Shown: positions 1 to 13,185 of the stretch, piece after piece
How the letters are laid out: every line of letters starts with the position of its first letter
Numbering within the stretch: position 1 is the stretch's first letter
Origin: Tubiluchus corallicola
Lineage: Eukaryota > Animalia > Priapulida
Reading direction: 5' to 3'
Assembly: GCA_030141605.1 (NCBI GenBank)
Contig: JAQGDQ010000062.1
Location: forward strand, 186,001-250,000
Length of the DNA stretch: 64,000 nucleotides
Program-made: the position numbers and the translations under genes
The notes under the pieces: model-generated
The model's database searches: none
Seen by the model: only the letters and a program-made list of their open reading frames with translations
What the model was told of the DNA's origin: nothing

Positions 1-1742
1 CTAGTGATGGTTGATGTGCAGAAATGGTTCAGCGTCCAAATGTTTTGCGAACGATGATGCCTGTACTATTAACTTTACTAAATACAATTTTCTCAGACGC
101 AGCTTTCCCTGCGGCTGAGGTGTACATCGGTATCATAAACATTAACACTGTATATACTTAATCTTGCTGCGGTTAAAGTTAGAGAAAGTAAAAATTTTAC
201 TGGAATCTTCGGACGTAACAGCAAATGAGGCTGAAGAGCAAATGTTCAGTTTAAAACGATTAGTAGAATGTTCAGGAGGTGGAATTTTTACTGATATTGC
301 AAGACTTGCAACGGTTACAATCTAGCTTCATTCAAAAACCCTTGGAACTTTCATAGCTCCTAGCGACAAGAGAGAGGCGCTGCTTCCAGTTACGCAGGTG
401 AAACAGCAACTAAAAAATGTTTATAGTAATAATAATAGCTAATACCAATAGATCTTGCACCTCCGCATAAACCCCGTTATTATAACAGACAGAAATTCCA
501 ATACTGGCGTATCGGCTAACAGCTGATTTAACCCATTATCCGCGTTAGTTTCCATCAATAATTAATTTGGTACTTAATATTTGAACAGTTGAGATAGAAC
601 CAATAGTAGCGTATTGTTCAAGCACCTCGATCACTGCAGTAACACGTAACCCGTGCTGGTATTATTAAGGTGATATAGGTAGACTCTAGCGTACTTTTTA
701 TTTCGAAATCGTGTAACATTGGCTCATTGTTGATATAGAAGTGGTCATTGTTTTAGCGAATAACAAAGCTAACAAGACGTTATATAACTTACAATTCATA
801 CATTTTTCTGTCTTTATCTGTTAATAGCTATCAATGTGTATTTTAAATATGGAAGATTTACACAATTTTGGCTTAACTAAAAATTCCTTCTTTCTGTTTT
901 CATTTGCCTTGTATAAATTGTCGAAAGAATTTTATTTAAAAAACGTGAGTATATCGAAGCTGAAACTTCGTAAAGATATTTGATTAAAGAGCTAGTGACT
1001 TTTTAACCGCATCATGTACTTAGAAAGCAAGCTCAATAAAAAACTATTTGTTCTTTCACGAAACCACCAACATTCAAGAATTTCGTTTAGAAAGAGGCTG
1101 TCTCTCTTGCGAATCTTTCCTTTGTGGTTTCGGTGGTCTTGTGCTTATAAATTTCCTGTTTCAATTATATTGTTCACACGGAGTATTCGATCATTTTTAT
1201 TCTACCAAAATGTAAAATGTGATTGGCGAATAATTATCGTGAGTTTAGGCACCCAGGTTTTTTGGCATTTGTTGTTCCGGTTCTCCAGGAACACTCAGTA
1301 AGTGAGATTTACAAATTACTGCTAATGTACTGTTAGTTATTGATCCAGCAAGGTTAATCGTGTTATGGGCATTGTAAAAAACTTTTTTTGTGTGAAGTAA
1401 GAACCTAGCAGGGTAGATCGAACTGACGGTAATTTGATAGAAACTTTCTAGCAAAAAGATTTGTTGCCTTGAAAAGTTGATTTAATAATTAACGTGGGAT
1501 TGTTAACCTTCCTGACTAATTCATCTGAAAGGCTTCAGCGAGGTTTGTTTTAGCTACATGTTGGCAGAGAGAATTGTCAATCAATCACATGAATTAAAAT
1601 TCTAAGCAGGCATCAAGCGTAGAAAAAATTGAGGCAACTCATATATACTGGCTGGGCTAAAGAAAGGAATGTGTGTATGTGCGTGCACATTGACAAAAGA
1701 ATGAAAGCACAAATGCTTGGATAGAGTGAAAAGAAGCAGCGT

Positions 1743-2020
<278 letters not shown>

Positions 2021-2924
2021 GAGAAGGGGACAGGGCGGAAAAGATGTTTGTTTTGACCATTACTGTCTTTAAAGTCATTTCAAACAGATACCCTTCCCAG
2101 TTCTTTATAATAGACCAATTAAACGTACCTCAAATTAGTATGGCCCTGCTTTTGCTATTTTTACGTAAAACTTACTCGAAAATGCACCTAAAAAACATGC
2201 GATCATCGCACAATTTTCGAATTTTAAAATCACCATCGTATCGAGTAGATGTGGTAAGCCTGTCCTTGATTAATGAAACATCTTAAAATGCCCAGTCAGC
2301 AAAGCTTAACTATTGAGGTAGTGAGATTAATCAGTTCGGATGTTTATTATATTTTTCTACTCAAAGCAATTAGTTCTATAGCTTCTTGGTGTGTATTGGC
2401 TGAACTTTCCAGTTTCAATACCTGCTGCTAGGCGGGTAATTACATGTAGGAAAAGCCCACGAGAGCCACAGTAATCAAATCTAAACTCGAGCAAAAGTGT
2501 GCAGATAATCACTGCTTGTCTCTACAGTGTAATTAACTAAACTAATCACAGCTACCAAGTGTGTCGTGAAGTAGGAAAATTAAGAAATTTGGCTCAATTT
2601 CCGCGGTAGCTGTTGCCAAGCTTTGGCGAATATATTTGTCCCTAGAGATAGAGTTCTTGTTTCTCTGAACAGCTACGCCAAATGTAAATGAGAAGAAAAT
2701 TGAATCACTTTTCCGTGCGGGTATGCTCATTTTCTGAAATTTATGTCCCAGAATTAAAAGGAAACGACCGCGATGATTTGGTAATTCTAGATTTCATAGT
2801 TCTGGTTCCAGATTTTTCTTTTTTTATGTTTACCGGCCGCCGACATGCGTGGTTTCATATCAATTACTTATGCCTACTACACCCACAACTGAACGGGCTA
2901 TCTATCCATACCCAGTACCCCCCT

Positions 2925-3190
2925 CGGCCCGTTCCCGTTCTCTACATCTCAGCCGTATAACTTTTGCAATTTTTTGCAAAAAACGGCCGAAAAAGGGCCA
3001 TTTTTGGAGGTTTTTCGCCCCCCCCTCCTCCCGGTGGGCCCGATTCGAAAAATAAACCATCAATGGCACGACACTAGATCGAGACCTTTCGTTTGATATA
3101 TAGATCGCCGCAAATGGTGCCCTCGTCCGGGCTGTAGCCTCGAATCATATATATATATAAAGCCCATACCAAGAATATTAATATAAGAGA
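2925..3190 (+). mobile_element. Possible non-autonomous rolling-circle (Helitron/Helentron-like) or other short interspersed element fragment
   Basis: GC-richer island ending in tagatcgagacctttcgtttgatatatagatcgcc...(TA)n...aatataaga, which resembles invertebrate Helitron-derived short elements; recognised by pattern only. Confidence 0.3.
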
Positions 3191-3538
3191 TTAAGCCTAA
3201 AATAAAGCAGATAAAGCATTCACTTTTTCGTAATTAATATGTAAATAAAGTATTCATCATTTGGCCTTTTTACTTTTTTTTAATTGTGCTTTTGTATTCT
3301 TCTTTTAAATAATCCCGGAATTATGGTATCACCTTTTTTCAATTAGCTGGCAATTAGTTATATCATTAATTAGAGTATGATCATTAACTGTGAATATTCA
3401 TCATAAATTTCGATATCGATATATTTCACAACAATTATTACCCATTGCTGGTAATGAGTTGAGAAAACGAAAGAGGCGCTGAAAAATAGTCAACCAGTCG
3501 AGAATTGAGCCCGAGACCAAAAACTTATGAAAACAAAG

Positions 3539-3618
3539 CAGCCTGCTTTTACGTAACTAATGTGTAACAGCCTGCTTTTACGTAACTAATGTGTAACTAA
3601 AACAAAACAGCCTGCTTT
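3539..3618. repeat. 29-bp tandem duplication plus partial third copy
   Basis: cagcctgcttttacgtaactaatgtgtaa occurs twice, followed by cagcctgcttt. Confidence 0.9.
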
Positions 3619-4101
3619 CGTGCTTTCTTGGACAAGGTTTCTTTCAAAATTGAGTATTTGAGGTTCATTAATTTTATTCGGGCCTAAAAAGGTTTCAGTA
3701 ATATCCATGGTGTCGCTTGAAATCAAGACAAAGTTGTATTTTTTCTTTTTTTCTAGAATAATATGATTATGACGAATATGAATAGCTTTTTTGACATATG
3801 ATTGTTAATGCATCATTGCACGAAAAACCTGTAACAGCCGCCAGGCTGCTGACTGCAGGATTCTGTTTAACAATATTTCGAATAATTAAAAGTAGTAGTT
3901 TCTTTTATATTTAACAATTTTAAAATAAGAAATATTTGCTTTCTGAACATCAAAATGTGAAAAGCTGTTTTAGTGTTTGAATCTATGCAGAGGCGTAAAA
4001 ATAAGCTAGTTATAACTGTCGAATAATTTGATTGCATATTAATCAAATTTAATAAACAGACTGATTTTTCCTTCCAGACGACTTTAACGTCATTATTTAC
4101 G

Positions 4102-4280
4102 TCATTATCATTATCATTATCATTATCATTATCATTATCATTATCATTATCATTATCATTATCATTATCATTATCATTATCATTATCATTATCATTATCA
4201 TTATCATTATCATTATCATTATCATTATCATTATCATTATCATTATCATTATCATTATCATTATCATTATCATTATCATT
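4102..4280. repeat. (CATTAT)n hexanucleotide microsatellite
   Basis: Perfect tcattatcatta... run; source of the MIMIMI ORF. Confidence 0.97.
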
Positions 4281-4780
4281 AATAACGTCATTATCATTTT
4301 AATAAATTTTAAAGTTACAATAATATTTAATTTTGCACAGGTTATTTTTTTACTATAATGTTTCAGTACGTTTTGAAATGTCAACATTCCCTCATCATCT
4401 GATAGCCTATAATTACAGAGCAGAATATATATAACTGTGTTTAATGAAAGTCATAGAAGATAGTAAAATAGAAGAGTGCCTTATGAAATCTAGCAAAAGC
4501 TTAACTGTAGTGTATAAGTTATTATAGCATAACAATAGTTCTATTTACAATTGTACCGTATATTAATAGCATTTTAATACGAAAATTATGTAGAACAAAA
4601 TCAGTAAGTTACTACAAGGTAAATAAAATGGATTACTAGATATATCCATCTTATTTCTAACGTGGTAAGTTACTGATTAGTAAGCTGATAATGGAATACT
4701 GTCATTCATAACGTATTGAAACATTCTAATAAAAAGTTTCTTTTTCGTTTAAGTAAAAGCAGTCAAGTTTGTGATCGATT

Positions 4781-4915
4781 TAAATAAATAAGTAAGTAAA
4801 TAAATAAATAAATAAACAAACAAACAAACAAACAAACAAACAAACAAACAAACAAACAAACAAACAAACAAACAAACAAACAAACAAACAAACAAATAAA
4901 TAAATAAATAAATAA

Positions 4916-4947
<32 letters not shown>

Positions 4948-4960
4948 AAATAAATAAATA
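4781..4960. repeat. Compound (AAAT)n/(AAAC)n microsatellite
   Basis: Directly visible tetranucleotide runs. Confidence 0.95.
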
Positions 4961-6130
4961 TACATATTTAAAGTACACACACACACACATATATATACAT
5001 GTTTGTGAGTTTTTCAAAGGTGGGGCTTATTATAGGTACAATTATTATTATTATCGACGTAATTGGTGTCACTTTTTGCTCAAACTGCGCAGAAGGCAAT
5101 AATTTGGGGGCTTTCGTTCGCGTAGGAACATGATAATGACGATGCTGATGACGGTTTTACTTCACAGCAGCTAAGTAAATTCAGTTTCGAGTCCCTTTTC
5201 AGTAATAAAAAATGTTGTTGCATTGTTTTCATTTGAAATAGCAGTTCATACTGTTATAATGGTGTACAGCTTTTTGAAATAGTTCACCGTGAGTCTTAAA
5301 CATTGAATAATTGTTTATTAGCGTTCACACGACACGCGTTAGTGATTTAATCTTGCTTCGTACGTAGACATAAGGCCAGCAAACAACCAACTATGGATAG
5401 TTTTGGCTTCCAAATTCAGTAGGCCCATCATAACTGTTCTACATTAATATACAAACCACTAAGTAACAGAACAGCAGCAAAAACTTAAGATAACGTACCT
5501 GCAATTACGCTAATGACTAAATGAAACGGCAAATAGTAAAGTAATGTCCTCATGTCAGCTTCTACAATAATTCTTCCATATAGATCAATGGCTTGTGTTG
5601 ATTTATCGAAAACATTCCTAAACAGCGTTTTGTGCTTTGTCTTAACTTAACAAGTGCCGATTGCTAGCCATGTTGCTTGTATTTTAATGCCTCTTCTTCA
5701 CATTCTTAAAATGAGGCTGCTTAGCTGATTTACTTTGTGACCACCGCATAGCACTGATTAATAAAAGCGAACCCACAAGAAGCCAGACGTCGCTGCTGGT
5801 TTCTGTCGGAGGAGGTCGCTGCAGTAGCTAGTAAATCTGTGAAGCGGGTGTAGGTGCGAGGATGGAAAAAGAAACAAGCTATTTTGCTCGTTTATTAACG
5901 CAGACTGATAAAACACACAAAGGAAGCCGGCAGAACTCTAGCAAGTGACTAGCAACGGTTGCAGTGGCGGCATTGTTGCAATAACAATCGTGTGGTGTTG
6001 TTGCATGTAAATGCATTAATGTACAGTCAGTGATGAGTAAAGTCATTGTTATCATTGTTATGATTCCTAATAATTGAATAAAGAAGAACAGAACAGCGAG
6101 AAGTGAACAATAAGAGCAAAGGTTAAGCGT

Positions 6131-6206
6131 AACAACAACAACAACAACGACCACGACAGCGACGGCGACCGCGACAGCGACGGCGACCGCGACGACGACG
6201 ACGACG

Positions 6207-6303
<97 letters not shown>

Positions 6304-6433
6304 CGACCGCGACAGCGACGGCGATCGCGACGACGACGACGACGACGATAACAACAACAATAACAACAGTAGTAGCAACAGCAACAGCAAACAGCAATAG
6401 CAACAGTAACAGCATCAGCAGCAGCAACAACAA
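6131..6433. repeat. Compound trinucleotide repeat (AAC)n/(GAC)n/(AGC)n
   Basis: Directly visible; source of the poly-V/poly-L ORFs. Confidence 0.95.
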
Positions 6434-9164
6434 CGTTAAGATCTAAAGCTTTTGTAATGGCAGCCAGATCTGTGTTCCAAAATCATATAAAAACAAACAA
6501 CCTGGTTGGCATTAACTACTGAATTTATTAAAATAATTCAGAAAATTCCAAATACGCAATCGGCAACAAACATCAACAACAACAATAGCAGCAGCAGCAA
6601 TAGGAACAGAAACAATAACGTCAACAATAACTTTGACGTGGATGATAACAATAGCTGCACGTGTTACCAAGTGATCAGCAAAGAAAGGAACGTATTACAG
6701 CTCCAACGTTTTGGTAACAAACCAGCGAATTGACAAATGCATTTTTCTTGATCATGAATGTTTCATACAGCTGCAGTGATATGATTTTATCTGTACTGTT
6801 TCACATGGCTATTGCATTTGCTGAACAAATACATAAAATATTAACACCAGGGAGCGCAGAGCTTTATTTCAACAATTCAACATTCGAATCCGGTTTGAGA
6901 CTGATTCGTTTCAGATTTTTAGACTGCGCACTAAATGCCGTAGGCTAGTAATTTGAACTCGTTATCGTGATCCTCCAAAGCAGAAAACTTCCTGGTTGTT
7001 AATTCACTTTAAACCAAATTCAGGAATTTGAAATAGCTATGTCCGTAACGAAAACTGAATTTTATTGGACAGTAATGAAAACAGTGTTTTAGTGGACAGT
7101 AATGGAAGTTTATGATAACATTGAGAAGGTACATTTTGACAGGCTTCCTAGTGTTAGTAATAGGTGTAGTTGAGAAGCCCGGTAATGTACCTGTGTAAAA
7201 CAGGATGCACGTGCAAATTTAGTGACTCCAACCCGTTTCTCTCTGTACTTGATAACAAAAGTCCGTTCAGATGTATTTGTTTTTGAAGAGCTACTGCATG
7301 GTTATGCAATAAAATTTATTTTACACTCTCTGAAGTCAACTCGTCCTTATCTTTCTCATTTGTTGTGAAACTGCATCACTCGCACACTGCCGCTCTGTAC
7401 ATCCTGAGACGGATCCACGCTGGACTCCGGATTCGTTACAATATTAAAGTCAATTATTAATATTCTTTAAAGCTTTTTGCGTTTTTGCGCAGAAAAAGTT
7501 AAAAATAACATTTGAGTACTTATGTATAGTTACGCTTGTAATTGCTTGTAATTATCTCAGCATAGTAAAAGGGTTAAGCACTCGAAATGAGTCCTAACGA
7601 ATGACGTAGGTTATTTTAATGGTTTTGATTTTTTATTTCCAAAAATTTGTTAATTTTGAATTCTATGCTTGGTATACATTTGCAGCTCTCTTACTTTTAT
7701 AGATCTAATTATGACATGAATTATAATAATTCATTTTATAGAACTAACATGAATAAAAAACGCGATTGGCGGTCACGTACTATATACTCATTGTACAGCA
7801 CATGCTGCACATTTATAACATATTTAATTATTTTGCTTTTCTACATTACTGCTTTCTTGGCGTAGCTTATGTTAAATAAACTTCATAACTTACGCAGTTT
7901 CACAGTCATGTGTGTGCGCGCGTGTTGTCATAAAGCATGAAAATATTTTGAATCATGAACAGGATATTTGCTATCATAATAACAAGACGTTTGAGCAAAT
8001 GTAAAAAAAAATTGCATCTCCGCCCTCTATAACCAACATTCGGCTTTAATAATCACATTAAAAACCTGATTTAGCAACGGGGAACACCGTGAGATCGTTC
8101 AGAAAAGTCAGTCAATCGTAAGTTTAAATTCTTAACACTTTAAGTAGTTCTTAGTCACTAAGAACGTCTGAGAAAAGGGTTTCAACGACGCAATATCAGC
8201 GCCGGCCTCCCCGTGACGGCAACTAGAGCGATTGCAAAACTTCTATTGAAATTTTCTTCTGTATAGAAAATTGTTTTGCTGTTGATGATAAGTCTTTATT
8301 AGCCTCTTTTTGCAGGCAAAAATTTCTGCACAACCATTTTAGGTAGACACTAGAGTGAATTCTACAATATTACATGATACGCACTCTAATTAGCTTTTTT
8401 AATTCGTGCGTATAACATTATTTACAGTGATGTTAAATAAGGAGAATTAAAATCAGTGCTAAAATCAAGCTTATTAATGAAGCAAGTTTCAAAAGAGAAA
8501 ACAAGAAGTATAGGAAAGATAGTGGCTACAAGTTTATAATTATTTGAGTGTTTGTCTTCTTAATCTAGGTTTCTTAATGTCGAGAAATCGTTTTTAAGAA
8601 AACGGACGCAAACTCTCACCCACCTACGTAAAACTAAATAGAAATAAAGATAGAAAAGAAGCTGCTATGGCGGCCTTTTACCAGTGTTATTCTTCACTTT
8701 GAGGTTGCTGCAGGTTGCTAAAACTACAAATGCGCTGAATGCAAGAAATGAATTTCAAATTAAAAAAATGAAAATTCACGGAATTCACCAACCCACCCAG
8801 TCAACACACGAGACCACCCCCATGCTTTATGTGGAATAGATTTTCGTAAATGGGCTAATAACAGCTGTGGTGGGTGACATGTTTAAGCTTCAAATGTCAC
8901 AGGGACAGCATGTAAGGACGCAGAATATTTGGAGACTATTTGAATAACGAACAACAGACAACTCGTGTGCCTTTCTGCGGTGGCGTAACTACAGTCAAAT
9001 GTGTGTTTAGGAGCTCCTCCTGCTTATTGAAACCACGACAGTGTTTTGAGCTATCGCTCCCTCCCCAGGGCATCCGGTACAGAACCCACCTGTTGCTTCA
9101 TTTGGTGCATTTTGTTTTTTGTTTAGAGATTTTCAAATGATTTGTTTCTGTGCTCTAAATGAAA

Positions 9165-9375
9165 AAATGTACACGTGCCATTCGTGAAGCATATTTAAGT
9201 TAAAGGACTAGCCACGTAGCATAGACAAAGACATATAACATGGACAGTCTGTTGGAAAACACACTGTGCGAATGTGGTGATGTAAAAACTGAACTGCATG
9301 TTTTAACCACCTGCCTAAAAACCGAAAATTTTAGAAATGAGTTCACAAATGAGTTTAGAAATGCGTTTAACTAAA
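9165..9375 (+). mobile_element. 3' fragment of a decayed non-LTR retrotransposon (CCHC zinc knuckle)
   Basis: About 9264-9320 translates as LCECGDVKTELHVLTTCLK, the C-terminal Cx1-2C-x7-8-H-x4-C knuckle typical of LINE ORF2 ends; the flanks contain stops. Confidence 0.5.
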
Positions 9376-9499
9376 AAAATTAGAGTAAATTTTTCTAATA
9401 CTGTTGATGTATTTGAGAATGAACAAACGTTAAAAATTTGTTATGTTGTATTGCAGTTACTTACGGTATGAGTAATGTTGTTTTGAGTCTAGCCACTGT

Positions 9500-9672
9500 C
9501 TTTCGTCAAGCAAAAATTAATCATTCATAAAGTTTCTACCAATACATGATTAGAGATCATTTGCAGACGTGTTATCTATAGTATTATATGTTTTACGACA
9601 GCAATACATGGCATAGAATTGGTGTACTTATCCATATAACACATTGCATTTATTTAATCTTTGTTATTGTCG
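9500..9672 (+). repeat. Dispersed repeat, copy 1 (copy 2 at about 60215-60375)
   Basis: Both copies share aaagtttctaccaatacatgattagagat and downstream tgcatttatt..atctttgtt. Confidence 0.8.
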
Positions 9673-10055
9673 CTGTGTCATCCTGGTATCGTCTATAACA
9701 ATTAACAAGAGGTGGGATTAGTGTATACATACTGGTAACTTCGCATGCTTAGACAACTAACTTGCGAATTTACTCAGCATTCTGTCTTGTCTGGACGAAA
9801 AAAATCAACAGTCTGATTTGGATTTGGCTTATAAGTAGATAGAACATTGACTGGAATTGGCTGTACATTTAATTTTAATTGTTCTTCTTCATAATATGCA
9901 GCAGTGTTTTGAACAAGGGTAGATTTGCATGTTAAATCATCGTGCAATATGTTTAATTCATGATTTTCAGCAGCTCTTTCATCCAAGGGTCCATCCTCAG
10001 GTACATGCGGGGCTGCGCCACTACGTTTTTGTCTGCAACGAAATGCACGGCCTTA

Positions 10056-10254
10056 AGTGGCGTTTACGTAGCATCCGGATGAGGGTGCGTTTTGGGGGTG
10101 CCGAATATATAAAATCTGTCTATATTGTTTTCAATGTACCCATTTATGCAGCCAGCGTATGCATTATTCTTTTCCTACAGCTGTTTCTTATTGATTTTTC
10201 CGCAGGTGGAAAACGCATACGCATCCGTCAGCCGAATACTACATAAACGCCACT
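10056..10254. mobile_element. PIF/Harbinger-type (Tourist-like) MITE
   Basis: TIRs agtggcgtttacgtag / ctacataaacgccact, flanked by TTA on both sides (10053-10055 and 10255-10257). Confidence 0.85.
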
Positions 10255-10269
10255 TTAGAATGAGGAGCT

Positions 10270-10324
10270 AATAATAATGATGATGTTGATGATGATGATG
10301 ATGATGATGATGATAATAATAATC

Positions 10325-10381
<57 letters not shown>
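10270..10381. repeat. (GAT)n/(AAT)n microsatellite
   Basis: Directly visible. Confidence 0.95.
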
Positions 10382-10382
<1 letters not shown>

Positions 10383-10878
10383 CGCTTTATTTCTCAAACA
10401 CAAACCACATAACCCATAAGTACAGTCGACAAATCTTGAATCTAAGTAAACAACGCATACAGGAACACGTGTCTACCAATACTGGCTCTTTTTAAGCGTA
10501 GTTGATTAAAACAAATATTTGTAAAAACACAACTACACTGCATTGCAGTGCTGGTTGAATGGCATGCATTAATTCTTAGCAAAATTTATTCCCACCTCTT
10601 AATTTAGAATTGTGCAGAGCTGAAACTTTATGCACGTAGTTAATTAAAAAATTCTTAATTGTCACATCTCCACTTTTGTTTAAACATATGAACTGATCGA
10701 TATCACACATTGATGGGAATTCTGGGAAAATAAATGATATTTGGTTTAAGAATACAGTCCATTTTTAACAAAGTCCTTTATTGCATTGCATACGGAAATG
10801 AAATTCACCTTAATGACATGAGATAAAGATGATGAAAATGAGGAGGACGGGAGAAAAAAGTTATTGAAACTGACGTAA

Positions 10879-11585
10879 AAGCGCATTTTCACCAGCGTTT
10901 TTCACGCTGCGTTTAACGTGGCGTTTTTAACGCTCAGTAAAAATGAATATCGCTATCCAGTGTTTTCACTAGCTGCTGCCTCGCAGCGTTTATCGCTGCA
11001 TTTTAACGCTCAGTGAAAATAGACATCGCTGCGTGATAGCAAGCACTGCCTCGCTGGAAAACATGGCGTTTATTTCCATGAAGTTTTGTTGTTTGTCATC
11101 TAATTCTGGGTGAAAATTTCGTCGAGATGGCTGCAAAATGGTTGCCATACAAGCGACGATACAAAATGGGACGACAACCACCTCGTAACTGGATCGCAAG
11201 GCGTAATCGTAGTGATTTCTCGAAGGAGACAGTCAAAGAATTACGCACGGAGGATACCTCAGAGTTTGGTAAAATGTGTAGGATGAATCCAGACCTTTTC
11301 GAACAGCTATTCAGCAAAGTTGAGCCAAGAATATCAAGAAGTGAGCTTCGTTTAAAGTGAAGACACTAAAGTATTTGGCTGACGTTTCTTCATACAGAAC
11401 GCTATCTTACGAATATCGAGTTAGTACATCATACATTTGTACAAATACGCCAGTTGTGTGTGATGCTATTTGTGAAGCTCTCTCAGATTACGTTGTAGCG
11501 ATTGACGTTTTGACGAGTGTTTTTGCAGCGATTTTGCCAACAGCGATGAAAACGCAGCGTGAAAAACGCTGGCCGAAACGGGCTT
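10879..11585 (+). mobile_element. Internally deleted PIF/Harbinger DNA transposon with transposase remnant
   Basis: Imperfect TIRs (ccagcgtttttcacgctgcgttt / aaacgcagcgtgaaaaacgctgg) with TAA flanks. The frameshifted peptide CRMNPDLFEQLFSKVEPRI...TLKYLA...SYRTLSYEYRVSTSYI...VCDAICEAL matches the N-terminal HTH region of Harbinger/HARBI1-like transposases. Confidence 0.8.
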
Positions 11586-11970
11586 TAACAGATCGAGGTT
11601 ATAGATATCTCCAGTAGTGCATGGCATTAAATTCCTTACTTCAGATGATTGAGAGAGGCTGACAGGATCGAAATCCGTTTACGAATTGAAGCCAAGCCAC
11701 AATTCTTGATTTTAGAAGGTATATATAGCCTACGTGAAGGTGACGCTGTTAGTAAACATCCATCTCAGGTTGAGTTAAAAGACGAAGGCCGCCTGTCAGT
11801 GTCCCTGACATTTACAATTCAATAACGTGAACAGTTGAATACACAGAGCCAGTGTTACCAAACTGACTTAGCATACTTAAGAACAAAATACTTCTTTAGG
11901 TAATAAGTTACGTATTAGACAGGCAGAAGTGTTTACATTATTATATTTAATTATTACAATTTTACAGCAA

Positions 11971-13185
11971 CTATATATCATTACAGCTAAGTTTGCTCAA
12001 AGACAGCCCACACAAAAATGAGTCTATGGCATGTAAGCAACTGTTGGTATTTTCCTCTGGCTTTATTGGGTATTCTCCAGCAACTACTTGCTGACGAAAA
12101 TACCTCAGTTTCTTTATGACTGAATTCTTTGTTTCCCCCACGAGAAGGTTTTTATAAATGTCAAAAATGCCTGGAAATATCCACGCACACTCATATTGTT
12201 TCATTCCAGGTTTATGAAACAGATTTGCAGCTCCATGCAAGAGTCCGATTCCATGTTTGCCAGCTGCATCACAACCTCCTCCACCAAAAAACCCTGTTCC
12301 CCACCAGAAGTTCCAGTCACATGTTAAAAAGTACAACTTTCCAGGATAGTTATTGAAGAAGGCATTGCAAATATTTTGGTCTGGTAAACATAGTTTAGGT
12401 GGAGGTCGTGAACAATTGCTTTCAATTTTAAAAAGTCTAACAATTTCTGATTTCCAGTTAGATTTGCGGGTTTTTACCAGATCCAGCAGAACAACCCCTG
12501 CCTGTAAACCCATACTGCGCATGTACTCCTTATCTATAAATTTCAGTAAGGAGTAAGGTTCGTCATTAGATATTTTGTGTTCCCTTTCCCGATGATAAAG
12601 ATTTAAAATTTTCTCCGTGTGCTCACCCGCAAAATCAAATGTCATCCCCATCATCTGCTCTGGATTCATGTGGTCAAAGTGATGCCAAAGCTCATCCAAA
12701 GGTCGACCTACTATCACATCGATGTCAAGTTTTATTACCTTGTCTACTTGAGGCAGAACTTCAGCTAAGAACAACCATGGTGTATTACACAAACGTAACG
12801 CTTCCCCTCCCCAAATCCAATACGAGTAATTTTCATCAGGAGGAAACCAAGGTTGGTAGAAGGAAGCTTTAAACGTGTTAGTGATCTTAAAGGTATTAAT
12901 GATTTCCATGAGACTTTGTTCCAAATCCTTATTGTCCACTATAATGTGATAATGAATCAAACTGGTTGTGACTAGAAGTGAAGATTTCATCAGCGCTGTA
13001 AACTCAACTGGAATTCTAGATTGATTACCGCAGGCTGATAATGCCACATTGATTACTTGTTTATCTGTGGCTGTATCAGGTATGTCTGACAGCATATTCT
13101 CAAAAATAATGTTCAAAGTGCAAAAAACCGTCGCACAAATTAAGGGAAACCACAAAATGAGTTTATTATTACAATTGCGACTCAT
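11971..13185 (-). CDS. GXYLT: Glycosyltransferase family 8, glucoside xylosyltransferase (GXYLT/shams)-like, type II membrane protein; intronless CDS, 404 aa
   Basis: N-terminal hydrophobic anchor (LILWFPLICATVFCTL); VALSACG; MKSSLL; LFLAEVLPQVDKVIKLDID (DxD); RPLDELWHHF; G-x-Q-A-G-V-V-L-L-D-L (NSGVML equivalent); DQ; LTCDWNF; LLHG. These motifs are collinear with GXYLT1/2. Confidence 0.88.
   Translation of the reverse strand: MSRNCNNKLILWFPLICATVFCTLNIIFENMLSDIPDTATDKQVINVALSACGNQSRIPVEFTALMKSSLLVTTSLIHYHIIVDNKDLEQSLMEIINTFKITNTFKASFYQPWFPPDENYSYWIWGGEALRLCNTPWLFLAEVLPQVDKVIKLDIDVIVGRPLDELWHHFDHMNPEQMMGMTFDFAGEHTEKILNLYHREREHKISNDEPYSLLKFIDKEYMRSMGLQAGVVLLDLVKTRKSNWKSEIVRLFKIESNCSRPPPKLCLPDQNICNAFFNNYPGKLYFLTCDWNFWWGTGFFGGGGCDAAGKHGIGLLHGAANLFHKPGMKQYECAWIFPGIFDIYKNLLVGETKNSVIKKLRYFRQQVVAGEYPIKPEENTNSCLHAIDSFLCGLSLSKLSCNDI

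Noticed and set aside
160-430. Protein-like reading frame LLRLKLEKVKILLESSDVTANEAEEQMF...
   Set aside because: It is interrupted by stops, and I found no recognisable family or convincing splice boundaries.
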